NCBI GenBank assembly: GCA_964611845.1
Contig: CAZTBH010000007.1
Span: forward strand, 16,739 to 80,738
Source: an uncultured Neisseria sp.
Lineage (GTDB): Bacteria; Pseudomonadota; Gammaproteobacteria; Burkholderiales; UBA11063
Length of the DNA stretch: 64,000 nucleotides
Reading direction: 5' to 3'
Below the pieces are notes generated by a model. The model did no database searches, was not told the DNA's origin, and saw only the letters and a program-made list of their open reading frames with translations. Within the stretch, counting starts at the first letter, position 1; each line of letters begins with the position of its first letter. A program made the translations under genes and the position numbers. Positions 61,259 to 64,000 of this stretch are shown here, one piece after another.

Positions 61259-61780
61259 ATGGAAAAAGGGATTCTCTTAATAGATTCTGAGGGTAATAAA
61301 AAAATTGCTACTGCAAGTAAATACATACTGAGTTTTAATAATGGTGCAAATATTAGTATTGAGCTTGAAGAATGCTTACCTCTAAGAATCGCTTGCAGAG
61401 CCTGGTATGGTGCGAAAGAATGGGAACAGTCTTTTGAAGCTAGTTGTAGTTTGTTATTATGTCCAAGTAGTAGTAATAGTGTTTGGATGAAACCGTTAGT
61501 ACTGACTGGAACATCTTTGTCCGATGTTGAGAGCAAATCTGTTTCAACTGGGCTGCCGCAAATTTACGCTATTGAAAACAATCAAGAACAGCCGTTACTT
61601 CTGGATATCAAACGAATGATTTTAGGCATTACAGAGATATCATCGGTAATTGAAATTATTATGCCGCAAGATAATATTTCATCAGTATTTCAAGAATCAA
61701 TCCAAATTATAACAAATAGTCATGGAATAGTTTGTGAACCTAAAGCCGCTAATTTATGGGTATTTAAAGATTTGGCTTAG
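61259..61780 (+). CDS. Hypothetical protein with apparent internal duplication
   Basis: RBS aagga; the two halves end in LLLCPSSSNSVWMK and IVCEPKAANLWVFK. Confidence 0.65.
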   Translation: MEKGILLIDSEGNKKIATASKYILSFNNGANISIELEECLPLRIACRAWYGAKEWEQSFEASCSLLLCPSSSNSVWMKPLVLTGTSLSDVESKSVSTGLPQIYAIENNQEQPLLLDIKRMILGITEISSVIEIIMPQDNISSVFQESIQIITNSHGIVCEPKAANLWVFKDLA

Positions 61781-61863
61781 TAGATCAAGCAAGTAAGGTT
61801 TACTAAAATATTGTTTATGTAATTTAATCTGAAATTATACAAATATGCTATGAAGGTTAATCA

Positions 61864-62799
61864 ATGAAAAATTATGACAATGGAATTTATTTATTGGATG
61901 CGCATTATTTGCGTGACAATTTGGCTGCGGTTTATATGATCGTAGAAGGAGACAGTGTTGCGCTGGTTGAAACTGCAAATGCACCATCATTAAAATATGT
62001 CTTGGAGGCTTTGAGTAAATTAAATTTAACTTCTGAAGCAGTAAAATACATTTTACTTACACATATTCATCTTGATCATGCTGGTGGTGCTGGTAGATAT
62101 ATGGATGCATTTCCCCATGCACAACTGGTTGTTCATCCCAAAGGGGTGCGGCATATGGTAGACCCAAGTTATTTGGAGGCTGGGGTAGTGGGTGTCTATG
62201 GACAAGAATTTGTCGACCAAGTTTATGGTAAGCTGACTGCAATTGATGTAAATCGGGTTATTAGCGCTGAAGATGGTTTGGTTATAAACTTGAATAGTCG
62301 CGAGTTAATTTGTCGTGACACGCCAGGTCATGCTAATCATCATAATATCATTATTGATGGTAAAACTGGTGGAATTTTTAGTGGTGATATTTTTGGTGTT
62401 GCCTATCCAGAGCTTAACTTTAAAGATAAAAGACTTGTTTTTCCCACAACAACTCCGGTTAATTTTTCACCGGAGAAAATGCTTAATTCGATTAAGTTAA
62501 TTGAGTCGTATGCGCCAAAATATGTTTATTTGACACATTTTGGGCAAATTGGTAATGTTGAAGAGATTGCCAATGAGTTGCGGCGGATGGTTACAGATTA
62601 TGTGACAATTACTCACGATTCTGCTGGAGCACAGGATGTGGTAGCAGAAATTGCTAACAGACTTAAACAGTATATTGTACTTCAAGCTAAGTCTTTGGGT
62701 TTGCCATTGAGTGCAGACGAGGTATTAGCTTTGCTTGAGATGGATATGCAAATTAATGCACAAGGGCTTGCTGTATGGTTAAAACAAACCAATAATTAA
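61864..62799 (+). CDS. MBL-fold metallo-hydrolase
   Basis: THIHLDHAGG, TPGHA.HH, FSGD, THFG. Confidence 0.92.
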   Translation: MKNYDNGIYLLDAHYLRDNLAAVYMIVEGDSVALVETANAPSLKYVLEALSKLNLTSEAVKYILLTHIHLDHAGGAGRYMDAFPHAQLVVHPKGVRHMVDPSYLEAGVVGVYGQEFVDQVYGKLTAIDVNRVISAEDGLVINLNSRELICRDTPGHANHHNIIIDGKTGGIFSGDIFGVAYPELNFKDKRLVFPTTTPVNFSPEKMLNSIKLIESYAPKYVYLTHFGQIGNVEEIANELRRMVTDYVTITHDSAGAQDVVAEIANRLKQYIVLQAKSLGLPLSADEVLALLEMDMQINAQGLAVWLKQTNN

Positions 62800-63019
62800 T
62801 TTGTATTATTGGTTATAGTCCTATAGTATATGATTAGCGACTGGCTGGGATACAAGCATAAAATATTTGATGAAGTGAGAGTGTGAAAATTTGCTAATAG
62901 ATGATACAGAAAGGTGTGTTACCACAGTCATGACATCATTTTTAGTGGTATAATTAATTTATCTGAAATTAAATTAATGTATTATTATACTGATTGTTTT
63001 ATATTTATAGGGAAATAAT

Positions 63020-63607
63020 ATGCTTGTAACTTCAAAACTAAATAAATTACTTATTGGCTCTTTATGTTGTATTGCATTCAGCCAAAACGTATTTGCGGGA
63101 GAATGCAACACCAAAAAACTTGATGATTTATTTGCTACCATGGCTGCGCGAAGTGCATTGATGGAAGGTGTTGCCGCATATAAATTCATTTATAAGCAAA
63201 GTGTCTATGATAGCCCGCGTGAATTAAAAGTATTACAAAATACTCAGGATATTGCCAAGAAGAATAAAATTGATAGTGGAGACTTAATGGTTTTTGCACA
63301 GATCCAAATGGATCAAGCTAAATTTATTCAGGATTATTGGCTTGCACGCTGGAATGCCAATAAAGAGAATCAACCAGACCCTGAAGTAACACCGGGGATT
63401 GATTCATTGCGTAAGCAAATTAATGCCTTAGATGATAAAATTTATGCGCAGCTAATTAATAATCTGAGTGATATTGAAATTTGTAATCAACCTACGATTT
63501 TAAAACATCTAGATAAAGCATTTCTTAATGTGAGAGGAGTTCCACAAAATCCTGCTTATAATCAGTTGACTGCTTCGGCGATTGCGAACCTAAGTATTCC
63601 ACAATAG
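63020..63607 (+). CDS. Secreted chorismate mutase, AroQ gamma subclass
   Basis: Signal peptide (VFA-G); R..LM..VA.YK, D..RE..VL, A..IQ, LR.QI..LD. Confidence 0.82.
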   Translation: MLVTSKLNKLLIGSLCCIAFSQNVFAGECNTKKLDDLFATMAARSALMEGVAAYKFIYKQSVYDSPRELKVLQNTQDIAKKNKIDSGDLMVFAQIQMDQAKFIQDYWLARWNANKENQPDPEVTPGIDSLRKQINALDDKIYAQLINNLSDIEICNQPTILKHLDKAFLNVRGVPQNPAYNQLTASAIANLSIPQ

Positions 63608-63621
63608 TGTGATATAACCAA

Positions 63622-63655
63622 TGATATCTATTGTGCGGGTGCACAATAGATATCA
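63622..63655. repeat. Perfect 15-bp-arm inverted repeat
   Basis: tgatatctattgtgc-gggt-gcacaatagatatca; no U-tract. Confidence 0.7.
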
Positions 63656-63735
63656 GCTAGAAAATACTTTATTCTAGTTCACAGGAACAAGAAAAGTTGT
63701 ATAATTACGCGATTCAAATTTTTTAAGGCTAGTAC

Positions 63736-64000
63736 ATGAACTATACTCCTTTTTATCAAAGCCATTTAGATAGCAATGGTAAGGTTGTTGATTTTGGTGG
63801 TTGGGCATTACCAGTAAACTATGGCTCGCAAATAAAAGAACATGAGCAAGTACGTACTGATGCGGGAATGTTTGATGTTTCGCATATGGTAGTTACGGAT
63901 ATCCACGGGGTTGATGCTAAAGATTTTTTTCGTCATTTAATTAGTAATGACGTTGCAAAATTAGATAAATTTGGAGTAGGTAAAGCTTTATATTCAGGAC
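63736..64000 (+). CDS. gcvT: Glycine cleavage system aminomethyltransferase (truncated by the window end)
   Basis: Read by hand: [44 protein letters not shown]. Confidence 0.95.
   Translation, partial: MNYTPFYQSHLDSNGKVVDFGGWALPVNYGSQIKEHEQVRTDAGMFDVSHMVVTDIHGVDAKDFFRHLISNDVAKLDKFGVGKALYSG

Noticed and set aside
62830-62935. Possible hammerhead-like or other RNA (gactg...cagtc closure, tgatga...gaaa)
   Set aside because: The core lacks the conserved C and stem II does not pair; insufficient support.
680-63189. Many short ORFs in the track lying antisense or out of frame within long genes (e.g. 11473..11967, 41825..42202, 56917..57231, 61174..61536)
   Set aside because: They are shadows of well-supported genes, with no recognisable motifs.
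63608-63735. Glycine riboswitch upstream of gcvT
   Set aside because: The spacer is only 128 nt and lacks the GGAGA/CUCUCAGG aptamer motifs.
1-64000. CRISPR arrays, IS elements, prophage genes, Neisseria DNA uptake sequences, stop-codon reassignment
   Set aside because: I noticed no spaced repeats, transposase or phage genes, or GCCGTCTGAA copies by eye, and conserved genes end normally at TAA, TAG and TGA.

Overview
AT-rich, gene-dense bacterial chromosome segment. Gene content and protein style point to a betaproteobacterium, probably Neisseriales-like (inference). It is mostly housekeeping and envelope genes: nnr, nadC, map, pgm, sodB, coaD, rlmE-ftsH-glmM, lpxK-ycaR-kdsB, mnmA, a tol-pal cluster, fumC, envC, gpmI, hpt, accA-tilS, pepN, maf-rng, gcvT and one tRNA-Asn. 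I found no CRISPR array, transposase or prophage. The most notable signals are: (1) an intact TrpRS at the usual trpS locus that has lost KMSKS, GxDQ and the Trp amine-binding Tyr, a candidate pseudo-synthetase; (2) a secreted class C acid phosphatase lacking its catalytic Asp, in an apparent operon with lpxK-kdsB and a second YhdP lipid-bridge paralog; (3) a secreted N/Q/S-rich protein with three 19-aa repeats inserted between tolB and pal, in a tol cluster lacking tolQ; (4) an accessory epimerase-permease-Ntn hydrolase-asparaginase operon between an RTX pseudogene and a G1-C72 tRNA-Asn; (5) a eukaryote-type alanine aminotransferase; (6) a candidate rod-shaped RNA between gpmI and hpt. All assignments come from reading motifs by eye; no searches were run.
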